From the human T2T-CHM13v2.0 reference genome, Homo sapiens, in assembly GCF_009914755.1 (NCBI RefSeq), contig NC_060932.1: a DNA stretch of 64,000 bases; one strand, 5' to 3'. Below the pieces are notes generated by a model. The model saw only the letters and a list, made by a program, of their open reading frames with translations. It was not told where the DNA came from and did no database searches. This document shows positions 1 through 14,200 of this stretch, one piece after another. Both the position numbers and the translations under genes were made by a program. The stretch's first letter is position 1; each line of letters begins with the position of its first letter.

Positions 1-806
1 GTCTTTTGGTGTCATCTATGCTTCCAGAGAAGACTTTGGTGTCGGAGGCTGAGCTGTCGGGGCAGGGATCTGGTTAGTGCTAAGCTGTCTTCTGGGAGAG
101 CCCTTTCTGCTCTGTCACAGCTGGAGTGCAGCTGCTGGCCAGAGAGCTGATTTCCTGACAGCACTGGGATTTGGAAATCCCTGCATTTCGCATACGTACC
201 CGCCAGCTGGTCTTATCCAACCCTTTCCCCTTTGGAAGGAAGCAGTTTGACTTCTGGTAGAAACCTGCAGACTTGACAAAGACAAGAGCTTGTTGTATGG
301 TTTTAGCATATACATTCCTTGGAGGACTCTTTGAGTTATGTTTACATAGAGGTCCTTGACTGCTAGACAGAACGAATCACTTGTAACTCAGTATGCTAAA
401 CAGTCTTGAAACCTTTCTCTCTCTCATCACCACTATTGGCATGAAAGTCTCTGATTAGAAAGCAGTATTCCTTCCGTACTATTCCTATCACTATAAAAAC
501 AGCCATAGTCCCTGCCCTTTAAGTATTGCACAGTATGCACTTAATAAGTTCCTCATGTTGATTGACAATCTTTCATGGACACAGCAGAAAAGGATAGAAG
601 ATTTTAATCAATACCTTTAATTTTTTCATTGAGAAACTACATGAGTTATAAATGAAGATGTGATGGTTCCCTGAGAGGTGGAAGAAATGGAAATATTGAC
701 AATACCATGTTAACTGTGGTATTGTTTTCAGTGAGAAGAGGATGATACCATTTGTCTTGATTTGTGTACAACAAGGACTAGTGGTTTTTTGTGACTGACC
801 TCAAAG

Positions 807-919
807 TAGAGTGACCAACCATCCCAATTTGCTCAGAACGGTCCTCATGTAAGCATTGAAAGTCCCACATCCCAAGTAACCCCTGAGTCCCAGATAAATC
901 AAGACACTCAGTCACCCTA
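807..919 (+). mobile_element. MER81-like MITE (hAT-Blackjack)
   Basis: 113 bp element with terminal inverted repeats TAGAGTGACC...AGTCACCCTA and internal GCATTGAAAGTCCC, matching recalled MER81. Confidence 0.75.
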
Positions 920-1072
920 TACATCAGGAAACTTCCCTGGCAAAAATAGGTCCCCCACCAGCCTGTTAATCAAAAAATCTTCTAAAATTTATTCACTTTG
1001 CTTTTAAAGGCAAAAATTTCTAAAAGAAGGGACATTAAAATCTAAGCACAGATACTTATCAAATCAGCACAC

Positions 1073-1440
1073 TTTATTCATTGATTCAACAAATATTTAT
1101 TGAGCACCTATTTACACAGGATGAAGTACTAAGGATGTGAACATAAATAAGCCACAGTGCCAGACCTTAAAGCATTTACAGTCTAGTGGGCAAGAAAAGC
1201 AAATAAATGGGCATTAACAGTGGAGCATGATAGTTCCATACATTTGTGATAGACACAATCACTCTGGAGCAATACAGAAGGGCAGCTATCTGGCCTTGGG
1301 GAACAGGTGTCTGGATGAGGTGACATCTGAGACCTGGGTTAACCAGAAATTAATGAGGCGAAAGGCAGGGTCAGGGAAGAGATATTCCCTGGAGAGGGAA
1401 GAGTAGGGACAACAGACTCAAGGGAAAAAGAGATCATTGT
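1073..1440 (-). mobile_element. L2 LINE 3' fragment
   Basis: TTCATTGATTCAACAAATATTTATTGAGCACCTA...TTTACAGTCTAGTGGG is the typical reverse-strand L2 3' end. Confidence 0.65.
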
Positions 1441-1518
1441 TTTGCCATCATAGGAATCACAAGTTAATAGGACAAAGGAAACACTGGTTTTCTTGGCTTG
1501 GGGTACAACAGAAACCAG

Positions 1519-2106
1519 TGTGGGGGCTAATGGAAAACTCCCCGCCTTCACCATCTGAAGGTACACTGAAAATCAACTAATCAAAGGCAGATTCGTAGAA
1601 GAAATAGAATACAAATTTATTAGCGTACATGGGGGAGAATCACAGAGTGACTGCCCCACCAAAGAATGGGGTTATATACTTTTATTCTAGGGGGCGAGAA
1701 ACATGGGAAGTGTGGATAATTTTAGGGGGATAGTAAATGATTTTTAAGGGAATTCAATGGCTTAAAGAACATACAATGTCCTGGAACAAAGTTGTTCGAC
1801 CCACAGAGCAGATAATGGCTGTGGCAAAAAAATTTGTTCAGGTATGTTGATAGACAGTCTTTCTTCCTGTGAAGTGAGTTCATTTAATGGAAACGCCAAG
1901 AGACCAAAAGTAATTGTTCAAAATTTCTTCTTTGAGGGTTCTGGACTTTTATCTAGGAACTTCAGATAACAATTTTATCCTTTGTTTTGGGAGAGACAGA
2001 AGACTGAGGGGCAGGGTGGCGGGGGTGGAGGCCCAAAATACCTAGAGACTTCATTTCAGCAGGTCAAAGCACGACATTTTGGGGTATCGATTTCTGAGCC
2101 CCAATA
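1519..2106 (-). mobile_element. ERV1 solo LTR (MER34/MER39-like group; exact family uncertain)
   Basis: Starts TG and ends TTTTGGGGTATCGATTTCTGAGCCCCAATA; 4-bp flanks CCAG/CCAT fit a decayed ERV1 target-site duplication (TSD). Confidence 0.65.
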
Positions 2107-2137
2107 CCATTTTGCATAGGATCAGACTTTTTGATTA

Positions 2138-2460
<323 letters not shown>

Positions 2461-2924
2461 TTCAACACTCCATGAATATGATTCCTGGTTTTTCCTGGAG
2501 GAAAAGTCAATATTGGCCTTGAGAGAGAGAGACTATTTGCCACCCAGCATTCAAATTTCTCAGTTTTTGTCTTTGTTCTGTTGACTCAGGAAGGTAAACT
2601 GAGGCAGCAACTCATCATTACCACCTCGCCTCATTCTCCTCCTACTTCCTCAGCATTTGGGAACAGTCTCTGGAGTTAAGTCTTGGGTTATGTCTCTACA
2701 GAATGAATAAAGAACTCTTCTGTGTTTTGTTTATCAGAGCCTTGGCATTGCTTATAGATTTTTGTTTCTACTAGGACTCACAGTACTTTACAGGTATAAT
2801 AATAAAATAAAAATCAATCATCAAAATTAGAACAAATATTCAAGCTAGCAAACACTAAAATGAGACTTTTCTTAGTATTTTATTCTTAAAAGTAACACAT
2901 TGTTATGAAAAATTTAAACAGTAA

Positions 2925-3327
<403 letters not shown>

Positions 3328-3770
3328 TATTCAGTTTTCTATATATCTTTTCAGATATTTTCTATACAAATACAAGCAAAGATGGATGGATGGATAAACA
3401 GTTTTTTTAATGCCAACCATATTGATAATGTTGTCATGGAATTTGCATTTTTCAGTTAACATCCTCCTGACATTTTCTGTAAATTAGACCTATCAGTCAG
3501 GTTTTCCTACAGTAATGTTATGCAATAAACAACCTTAAAATCTCAGTGCCTCACAATAAGTATTTATTTATTGCTTATGTCACATGAGAGTTGCAGTGCA
3601 TCTGTTGTTCTGTGGGTTTGGTTTAGCTGGGCTCATATGGCTCTGCCCTGGTAAGTTCTGCCCAACTCATTTTTCTCATTTTGGAATCTAAGCTGACAAA
3701 GTAGCCACTGTGTGACATTATGCCCATGTGATAGAGGGCTGGAACAAAGGGCCTCAGCCAAGGTAGGCAA

Positions 3771-4246
<476 letters not shown>

Positions 4247-4316
4247 TGAAGTCAATGGGGGCAGGGAAGCATGGCAAGGATGGGAAGTAATTAAATAATT
4301 GTAAAGAAACAATATC

Positions 4317-4632
4317 AGCCAGGTGGAGTGGCTCATGCCTGTAATCCTAGCATTTTGTGGGGCTGAGGCAGGAGGTTCGCTTGGGCCCGGGAGTTTGAGT
4401 CCAGCCTGGGAAACACAGTAAGCCCTCATCTCTACTAAAAATAAAAAATTAGGCAGGTGTAATAGCATGCATTTGTGGTCCCAGCTACTCAGGAGGCTGA
4501 GGCAGGAGGAGCACTTCAGTGTGGGAAGTTGAGGCTGCAGTGAGCTGTGATTGATTGTGCCACTTCATTCCAGCCTGGGCAAGAGGGCAAGACCCTGTCT
4601 CAAAACAAACAAACAAATAAACAAACAAAAAC
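4317..4632 (+). mobile_element. Alu, AluJ-like
   Basis: Full dimer with (AAAC)n tail; TSD AAGAAACAATATC (4304-4316) / AAGAAACGATGTC (4633-4645). Confidence 0.95.
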
Positions 4633-4679
4633 AAGAAACGATGTCTCCTACTACATTTGTACCTATGCCCCATTCTTCT

Positions 4680-5030
4680 GAATGTCTGCATAGTATTTTA
4701 TTAAGAGACATATCAATCGTATTATTTATTTTTGCAATCAATGCTGCAATAGACATCCTTAGAACTTTAAGGATATCCTTAAATACTTGTGGAAACACAT
4801 TTGTAGAAGTAGAATTACTTGAACTAATGGTTTATGAATTTAATTTTTTAAATATTCCTAAATTGCTCTCCAAAAGTATGATATCCCTTAATTCTTTCCC
4901 AAGATATATGAGATACATGTCCACAAACCCTCTCCAGACTTTGTATTATCAAACTTTTAATTCAAAAGGTAAAACATTAATGTTTTTAATGGCATTTGTT
5001 TTGTTAATGATGCAGTATTTTTAAGTGTCC
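4680..5030 (-). mobile_element. Ancient L1M fragment
   Basis: AATGCTGCAATAGACATCCTT...AGAAGTAGAATTACT...AATTGCTCTCCAAAA, a decayed antisense L1 ORF2 3' region. Confidence 0.55.
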
Positions 5031-5199
5031 TAAATTTGGAGATAATTCTATCACAGTCCCAGAATTTGGATTCACCCAGATCTCTTGGAAAATATCTTAA
5101 CTACATTAACACCAACCCAACATACTCACCACCCACACTATGTTTCTCTGTACCTTTGGTTTTATTCTGGAGAAAAGCAGAGCTAATCAGCTTGCTCTA

Positions 5200-5505
5200 T
5201 GATATGGTTTGGCTCTGTGTCCCCACCCAAATCTCATCTCAAATTGTGACTTCTCCCTTGCTGTTCTAGTGATATAATTCTCAAGAGATCTGGTTGTTTT
5301 GTACATGTGTCGCCCTTCCCCTTCGTTCTGTCTTTCTCTCCTGCTGCCATATAAGACGTCCCTTGCTTCCCTTTCACCTTCTGCCATCATTGTAAGTTTC
5401 CTGAGGTCTCCCCAGCCATGCAGAACTGTGAGTCAATTAAACCTCTTTCTAAATTAGCCAGTCTCAGGTAGTATCTTTAAAGCAGCATGAGAATGGACTA
5501 AAACA
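5200..5505 (+). mobile_element. THE1D/MSTA-type MaLR solo LTR with internal deletion
   Basis: TGATATGGTTTGGCTCTGTGTCCCCACCCAAATCTCATC...GAACTGTGAGTCAATTAAACCTCTT...GGACTAAAACA; roughly 60 bp missing near 5247. Confidence 0.9.
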
Positions 5506-7267
5506 TCTCTAAAACAGAGACATTATGAAAGGTTTTCAACTGGAGAACCAAGTCCTATAACTTGGTCGTTGCTATGTTTAGTGCCTTGATGAGAAAGACT
5601 GTGAAACTGAGGACAGGCTCAGCAGGGAAGAGGGATGTGATCCATTCTTGATGTGTGTGGTGAACTCAGGAAAGGCGGCAGCATCATGTATAGTATCTAT
5701 TTACCTTCCCCACCCTTGAAGCTGCTAGAACTCTATCAGCATTTTCATCTTTCTTTGTACCATTTGGTCTGTCCCAAATCACAGAAGATAAATATTGAGC
5801 AAGCAGATGAGCAGAAAAACAACTTGGGCTCTTTCCCATGCCTCTACTACCTGTCTGTATCACATGAAGCTTTTTGAAAAAGGTCACAGAAAATGATTTT
5901 GAAAAGAGGCCCAGTAAATATTTTGGTAATGTTTTGGTGTGGGCTTTGTTTGGCCTTTTTGTCTTTGCTGAACTCCGTGGCTTGGGCTTTTAAGATACTT
6001 TTACCGTCAGAGTAATATTATTTTGATAACCCACTTCCTCGTGATGTTTGAAAGATGGTTAATTATTGTAGGGGGTGTAAATACAGTGTCAAAGTAAATC
6101 ATTACAGGATTCTTTGGTCAGGCTCAAGGTTAAAGGCAACCACATTTCCCAACAACAGAGCAACATAATCATTCCTTTTCCCACAGATAACTACAGTCTT
6201 CCTGTCAGCCTACAGGAATCCCATCCCCTTTCCTCCAGTGTAACCGGACTCCCTGCCACAGAGAAACAACACTCTCCTCTTCAGCTTTGCCACAGGGTAA
6301 TCAGTCATTGGTACACCAGCTTGATCCCCAAATGCTGCAGTAACCACAGAAACCACACAGAATGTGGACTGACCACGTGGTTGTGGACATAGTCATCATT
6401 TTTAACACAGAGAGATGAAGTCACTCCATCTTTTCTCTGATGCAGTAAAACATTAAAATACAACATTGGAAACAAATGCTTTTCCAATGTAGAAATGTAT
6501 GCTGTAAAGCCAAGGCTCCATTCTACATCCCTGAGTAAGGGAAGGAAAGACCAATGAGACAAATTCCTGAGAGCCCGTTAAAAATTGGTGTAACCCATTC
6601 TCAGAGAAGATAATGGGGAGGTGACACTAAGGGGGTACAGAAGATTGTCATCTGCAGAAAAATCAGGCATGTTTTCCCAGAAGAGAGAAAGATTGAACTA
6701 CCTCAATTGCAAAAATGTGGGAACCCCAAAGAAAGAGATACAGCAAATTCAAAAGCATTAAGAAATAATAAAGAAAAGAAAATCTTGGCTTTAAAGTGGC
6801 AATTTTTTTTTTCTAGTGACTGAACAGTAATCTTCTAAGGAGAATAGTGAGAGCCCCTCCCCAATAGAGTTTTAAGCTTTCACTGTGAAAAGGCTATTCT
6901 TGGCTCAGCAACCCAGCTGATTTATTCTCACCTTGAGGCAGTTCTGTAACCTTGCCTTCTACCTCAGCTTCCCAGTCAGCCAAGTGGGACTTCCGACTTG
7001 CAATCTGCTTCATTTGCTAGGATGTCATGAAGATTAATTAACAACATTAATATACTAAATGTTCTTTGGGATGGGCAGAGAGAAAGTGTAATTATGACCA
7101 TTATTGCTCTGGGTTACTAGGCAGAGTATTGAGATGGTTGCAGGGACTGTGCTTGGAAGTAGAAAAACAGGCCAAACGGTGATCTTTGCATGGTTTCAAA
7201 TGCCCCTGGCCTGAAAGTACTTCCTCTATATTCTTGCCCAGGGACTTAAAATGTTCACAATTATGCT

Positions 7268-7513
7268 AATATAGCGGAAAGTGCGTTGGACTTGGAGTCA
7301 GAAAGCTTGTATCCCATGCTGTCTTTGCCACTTACTGGCTGTGTGATCTTGTACAAACTACTTAATTGTTCCAAGTCTCAGTTTCTTCATCTGTGAAAAA
7401 TGCATAAGGATACCACCAATGTCTATATGCCTTACAGTGTTCCTGAAAAATCTAAATGAAATGTGAATATTTCTAAAAATTGGACTGACTATACAAAGAT
7501 AAAATATTATTAT
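7268..7513 (+). mobile_element. MIR SINE
   Basis: GGACTTGGAGTCAGAA...GCCACTTACTGGCTGTGTGATCTTG...CTCAGTTTCTTCATCTGTGAAA core. Confidence 0.8.
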
Positions 7514-8654
7514 CTCCTAGAAAAAAAATGCTGTAACCATTATAGGCTATTTTATCCCCTACTACAAGTTAGTTTATGAGACACAATCCACCAACATAAG
7601 TACATCTAAGACAGACAATTTTTGGCTCTAGAGAAAGATCAGAAAGGGTAATATGGTTGTAAAACTGAGGACCTCAGTTAGCCAGGCATCTATGTGGGGT
7701 GCTTGGGTGTCAGTGAGAAGTCAGGGAGACATCAAATAGGAGCTGAACCTTTTGTTGTTTCCTGATGTGAGGCCTCCCTACAGGGAATGGAGGGCAAACT
7801 TGTAATGACTTACAATCTTTGTATCTTAAAATGTTAGTCCTGGAAAGGAATTAGAGATCATTCTAGTTCAATTCTTTCATTTTACAAAATAGAAAACTAA
7901 GCCTCCACCTTACCTTGAAAATTCCCTTCTTCCTGATGCTTAGACCAGGATTATTTCCATTGCACACCATCTCCAATATGCAACTAGTTATTAAGGTCTG
8001 TGGGTGCACTTGCATTGAATTATTACTCATACCCACATCTTCCTGACCTGGGTCCAAACCCCCAACATTATAAGTTTGGACTAGTACAACAATCTCATAG
8101 TCTATCTTCCTCTATTTTTTTTCTGACCCCTAATCTTCTCTAAACACTGATCCCAGATTAGCCTTCTAAAAGTGTCCACTGAATAATGCCTTATTTGCTC
8201 AAAAACCCATTAATGGCTGCTGTGTACAGAAGAGTGGTAGCAATACCTGCCTGCCTTATCTGAGTTATGGTATATTCTCTGTTCCTAAGGGGATGACACT
8301 GTATGCCATCATCCCTAGTGTTCCAGTTCTAGAAAGGGATTGACAAAAATGATAAATGCACCACTTTCCTGGGTTTGCTGTTCATCTTAAAAAGAAATCC
8401 AATTACAGTTTGCAATTGCATTTTGGTAAAACATAATGAGCTCTCCTTGGAGTTGCCTTATTCAGATCAAATTACTTCTTGGTAATTTAAAGTACATTAC
8501 ATCTCCCAGATACCTCTCAATACACCCACAGTGTTTGAGGCCTTGTGTAACTATTGCACAAACACTGGCCAGTCAACTCTAGATGAGTTCATAACCAAAG
8601 GATTATTACATGTTTACCCACATACAAGTCACTCTTCATTTCCCTCATGCAGGG

Positions 8655-8667
8655 AGGTCAAAGGTCA
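8655..8667 (+). promoter_or_regulatory. Perfect DR1 nuclear-receptor motif AGGTCA-A-AGGTCA
   Basis: Exact 13-bp consensus in non-repeat sequence; function untested. Confidence 0.45.
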
Positions 8668-9385
8668 TGTAACTCTGCCAGAGCAAGTTACTTCTCAGGG
8701 ACTGAAAATGAGAGTTAAGGAGAGCTTTCTTCTAAAAACATTACTGCAGAGAGGTCTAAATGTGTGTGTATGAATGATCAACATTATCAGTCAATGAACT
8801 TTCTCGGTCAGTTACTCTCATGTATTGACATAAATGACACTGAGCCATCTGATGACTAATAAAAATGACAAACCCTGAAACATTGACCAAAACTCACAAG
8901 AATGACATTTCCTAAAGCATTTCCATTTATAGAAAAAGTTAGAAAAAAGCAAAGAGGAAAAAAAAGTATATGATGAGAAGCTGTAACAGTAAGAGAAAAG
9001 AAGTAGACCTGAAACTTTATAAAATGGCACATTGTCCCCTGATTTCTCCAAGAAAGTTCAATATGTAAAATGTCAACAGATCTGGGTATCACTAAAATTT
9101 TCTCCACTAATTTCTACAGGCCAGAAAGGTCATCTAAGACTTTAAAAGTGCAGAATGATGTAAGTTTTCGGGAGTATTATTCAGCCAAGAGTCTCATCAA
9201 GATAGCTCCCCCCCACTCCCCATGCAATGAGAACAATAGCCCTCAAGAGCTTTTACTCTTGACATTTGCACCTTTATTTACAAGATGGTATGTCATTTGG
9301 GCTTTATAAACTTTACATTTATCTTCTTTTTGTTTGTTTTTTCATTTTTCTCTTTATACACACTATATCAATGTATATATTTAGA

Positions 9386-10390
9386 ATTGTTTTTCTTTTT
9401 CTTTTATTATTATACCTTAAGTTCTGGGATACATGTGCAGAACGTGCAGGTTTGTTACATACGTATACATGTGCCATGGTGGTTTCCTGCACCTATCAAC
9501 CCGTCATTTACATTAGGTATCTCTGCTAATGCAATCCCTCCCCTAGCCTCCCACCCCCTTACAGGCCCCAGTGTGTGATGTTCCCCTCCCTGTGTCCATG
9601 TGTCCTCATTGTTCAACTCCCACTTATGAGTGAGAACATGCAGTATTTGGTTTTCTGTTCCTGTGTTACTTTGCTGAGATTGATGGTTTCCAGCTTCATC
9701 CATTTCCCTGCAAAAGACATGAACTCATCATTTTTTGAGGCTGCATAGTATTCCATGGTGTATATGTGCCACATTTTCTTTATCCAGTCTATCATCGATG
9801 GGCGTTTGGGTTGTGGAATTTAATTAAACTAAAGAGCTTCTGCACAGCAAAATAAACTACCATCAGAGTGAACAGGCAACCTACAGAATGGGAAAAAAAA
9901 TTTTGCAATCTATCCATCTGACAAAAGTCTAATATCCAGAGTCTACAAGGAACTTAAATGAATTTACAAGAAAAAAACAACCCCATCAAAAAGTGGGCAA
10001 AGGATATGAACAGACACTTCTCAAAATAAGACATCATGTGGCCAACAAACATATGAAAAAAAGCTTATCATCACTGGTCATTAGAGAAATGCAAGTCAAA
10101 ACCACAATGAGATACCATCTCATGCCAGTTAGAATGGTGATCATTAAAAATCAGGAAACAACAGATGCTGGAGAGGATGTGGAGAAATAGGAATGCTTTT
10201 ACAGTGTTGGTGGGAGAGTAAATTAGTTCAACCATCGTGGAAGACAGTGTGGCAATTCCTCAAGGATCTAGAACCAGAAATACCATATGACCCAGCAATC
10301 CCATTACTGGGTATATACCCAAGAGATTATAAATCATTCTACTATAAAGACATAGGCACATGTATTTTTATTTCAGCACTATTCACAATA
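9386..10390 (-). mobile_element. 5'-truncated and 5'-inverted L1PA (approximately L1PA7/8)
   Basis: Minus-strand L1 3' end and tail at 9386-9813 joined to a plus-strand ORF2 C-terminal segment at 9814-10390. ORF-track peptides WKTVWQFLKDLEPEIP and IDWIKKMWHIYTMEYYAA are L1 ORF2p. Confidence 0.95.
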
Positions 10391-10521
10391 TAAGTTTTTA
10401 TTAAGAAAAAAAACAGAGCCTCTCTGTAAAATTAATCCTTGGTTCTGACATTAGCTACCTGTATATTCTTTTTTTTTTTTTTAAGAATATTTCTTTCTTT
10501 TTTTTTAGGTTTTGTGAGGGT

Positions 10522-10672
10522 CTTTTTTTTTTTTTAACTTCCATAGATTATTGCAGAACAGATGGTGTTTGGTTACATAAGCAAGTCCTTTAGTGGTGAT
10601 TTGTGAGATTTTGGTGCACCCATCACCTGAGCAGTATACACTGCACCCTATTTGTAGTCTTCTATCCCTCAC
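10522..10672 (-). mobile_element. L1PB1-like 3' end fragment
   Basis: Poly-T then GGTGTTTGGTTACAT...TTTAGTGGTGATTTGTGAGATTTTGGTGCACCCATCACC. Confidence 0.85.
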
Positions 10673-10726
10673 ATTTATCTTCTGATGACTATCTCTATCT
10701 CTGCTAGTTTTAAGAAGAAGCCTAGG

Positions 10727-11217
<491 letters not shown>

Positions 11218-14200
11218 CTAGGGTGTGAAGGATCTTTGCACAACAGAGTCAACTTCCCTTGTACTGCTCGAATCACATATATACCATTTCTGATAGATAA
11301 TCCCCAAATGATGCTTTAACATTTCCAATGATTGGCAACATCCATTGTTAGCAGCCTTTTGGGCAGAAGATCAATTTGATTCCAAATTAAATTTGTGCTC
11401 TTTTCTGTCTACAGAAAAGAAAGCAAACAATAAGTTAGCAATACTGTAAGTTGGAGAGTCGCAATTAGGTGACTCCTAGAAACAGAAAAATAAATTGCCT
11501 TCTATGACTCAGAATGCAAAATAGAAACTACAGGTCAGAACACATGTATATAGAGAAACTTGATGGAGACAGGATGGTTTCTAGGCCAAAAGAAGGTTGC
11601 AGGAACCTATCTGAATGTATAATTGTAGTTTTTAGATTATGTCAGTCTTGGGATTGGGGGTAAAGAAAGAGATACATAAGTTGGTACATAAGTCATTCAA
11701 TTATGAAAACAAGCAAAAAAAGGAAGTCACCAGGGCCAACATTGTCAGTGCCCAGCCAAACACCGTCTAGGGAGAAGAGGGCCTTTGCTATTAGAGCATT
11801 TTAATCTATAGGGCAATATAATTCCAGTGGAGATGGATAAAGACTGGATTTTCGATGGCTCTCTGATTCAATTAATTTATGATAAAATAGAAGGCTAAAG
11901 TTAACATACCTTGATGATATAAAATATCTGTATTATCTTGTTCCCTCTGCCAGGATCATCAGTTAGACCCATCTCTATCTCCTTTTTGACTGGCTCATGA
12001 TGTTTTCCCTCTCAGATCTCAGATGTGAAGTCATTTCCTCCCTGGAAGTCTTTTCCAATATACCTAATCCAGATTTGTTGATTCTCCTATATATTTGCAT
12101 TGCATTCTGCACTTCCTTTATCCTATCCCTCCTTATCTAGTATATCATTATCTGCTTTTAGGTAGTTAAGTATCTCCTTAAGATTCCTAATATCAGGGCC
12201 TACGTATTACAGAAGTCTGGTCCATATTTGTATCTCTCAATTTTATAATTTGCATGACAAACAACTTGATTCTTTCCAATTCTATTTGCAAGCTTTACAA
12301 AGTTTCTTGGGGAAAAGAAGAGGTGGGATGGGCATTTGAAGTTGTGAGTTAATCTGATCATTAAAATTATGAATATAAAAAAATTATTTTAGCAACTTTC
12401 AAAGGTTCTGTTGAAGACTTAACTGCTTTTGCTGCGTATACAACCTGTTAGAAAAGAAAATGAATGAAAGAACTGAAAAACGCTCTCCCAAATTACCCTA
12501 TAAGAAAGGATGATAAATTTTAAAATGAGATGGTAGAAAGAATGCAATCAGAAAGCAATCAAGCAGGTTCCACTGGTAAGGAATAGAGAAACGAATGGTA
12601 AGAATTAGAAGACGAGAAGGTAACGCTGGAGGAAAGATGGGTAGAGAAAGCACAGCAGAGTGCCTTCTGGCAAAGAAATGTCAAACCTTCTGATGACATA
12701 GGACCATTTTATGCTGACTGCTAATAATTTAAAAGATCATACTTTAGGAAGGAATGATGCTAGTTCCTCAAAAAGGAAGAAACTCATCAAGGTAGTTTGT
12801 AAAGTCTAATGGGCTCAGACCTGGCCGGGCAACTGGGTGGGTTTGTGGTCTTGAAACATACATCCAGGATGTGGCAAAGAGTCTGACAAGACTCAGCAAG
12901 CCCACAAATTGCTACTCACTTTTGATGATTAACTGTGGAAAAATGACAAAGTTGGGGGAAAAAACTGAAATGTGTCTCTCAAAATTCCATGGTTTTGGTT
13001 AGAAATCAAAAGATGAGCAACGCCTTTATCCCTCTTTATCCCTTCTTCCAGTTATTTTTGAGACTGAAGAAAGAAAAGAAGACTTCAAAGTTTAAGCTAC
13101 ACAGGACAAAGACAGTGCCCACTGTGCTCATCACCATAAGCCCAGAGCCTAGTATGGAACCTGGAAAACAAGTACTTCTCTGATTGAATGACTGCAGACA
13201 GTGAATAAATGGCTACATAGATTATATAAAAGACGATGAGTTTGTTTACTGGTTTAACTATGGTTTAAGTTTTTAAAGTAGAAAGGCAGAATACAAATGG
13301 GGTAAAAACTGCAACTCCAGATTTCAGTGAGGACAGAGTTTAAAGAGTACCTCATTCGTTTAATAAGTTTTAATCAATAATACAAAGAGAATTGCATTCT
13401 GGCATACTAAAGAAACTCACAGGTATAATCTCAGCATGATTGCTAACATTCAAGGAATTATGAAAAATGAAAGAGGCTTCAAAAGTATAGAGATAGGAAA
13501 ATATTACTGAGAATATTAGAAGTGGGGAAGGTAAGTTGGATATTAGAAATGACAAATAGATAAGTTTGATGTTCATCTATACCAAATTAACAATTAGTTG
13601 TTTTCTGAACATCTAGAAAAGATGATGGTGATTATGAGGAGCCATCAGTAAAGACCCCCCAAACAATTCTAAAATTAGCTTGAAAGTATATGTGTAGCAT
13701 TATTAATGAATATTCTTAAAATAGCTATGAAGAGAAATTAGACTTATGAGATCTGTTTTAAAACTTTTTAAAGCAGTAATAATGGAACCCATATGGTAAT
13801 ATTTCAAAATTAAGAAACTCAATCCAGGGAACAGGATAATTTAACATGTGATTTAAAAGATACTGCTATAAAAAATGGAAGTAGGAAATACCATATGATA
13901 TATGGGGTTAAGATAATAGTAACAAGAGAAAATAACATAGATATGTTTCAGTAAATTCCAAGAATCTTAAGTGTTTTAATTAGTCAAATAAATCCAGAAG
14001 ACACAGATTAAACATTTATACCATTAAGAAGAGATGATCACTTTGGAGAGTTTGAGTAATCAAATATACATTTTATATAATAAATATTTATTAAGCAACT
14101 ACTCTGTAGCAGGTACTATTCTAGGTATTAGAGAATTACTGGTGAACAGGATATCCAGGGTCCATGCTGCCAAGAAGCCTATATTCTAGAAGGAAAAGAC

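Noticed and set aside
1-15. Minus-strand ATG ACA CCA AAA GAC running off the window edge
   Set aside because: Only five codons are visible; cannot support a gene call.
4551-5024. 157-aa ORF
   Set aside because: Starts in an Alu right arm and runs through a decayed antisense L1; no recognisable domain.
7537-7546. CArG box CCATTATAGG, plus scattered AP-1 and TATA motifs
   Set aside because: Expected several times by chance in 64 kb of AT-rich DNA, with no supporting context.
9320-9390. Possible 3' transduction beyond the L1PA tail (second T-rich tract)
   Set aside because: No matching TSD brackets it; indistinguishable from AT-rich flank.
10513-10673. 8-bp inverted repeat TGTGAGGG/CCCTCACA around the L1PB fragment
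   Set aside because: Too short, and one copy is mostly L1 sequence; likely chance.
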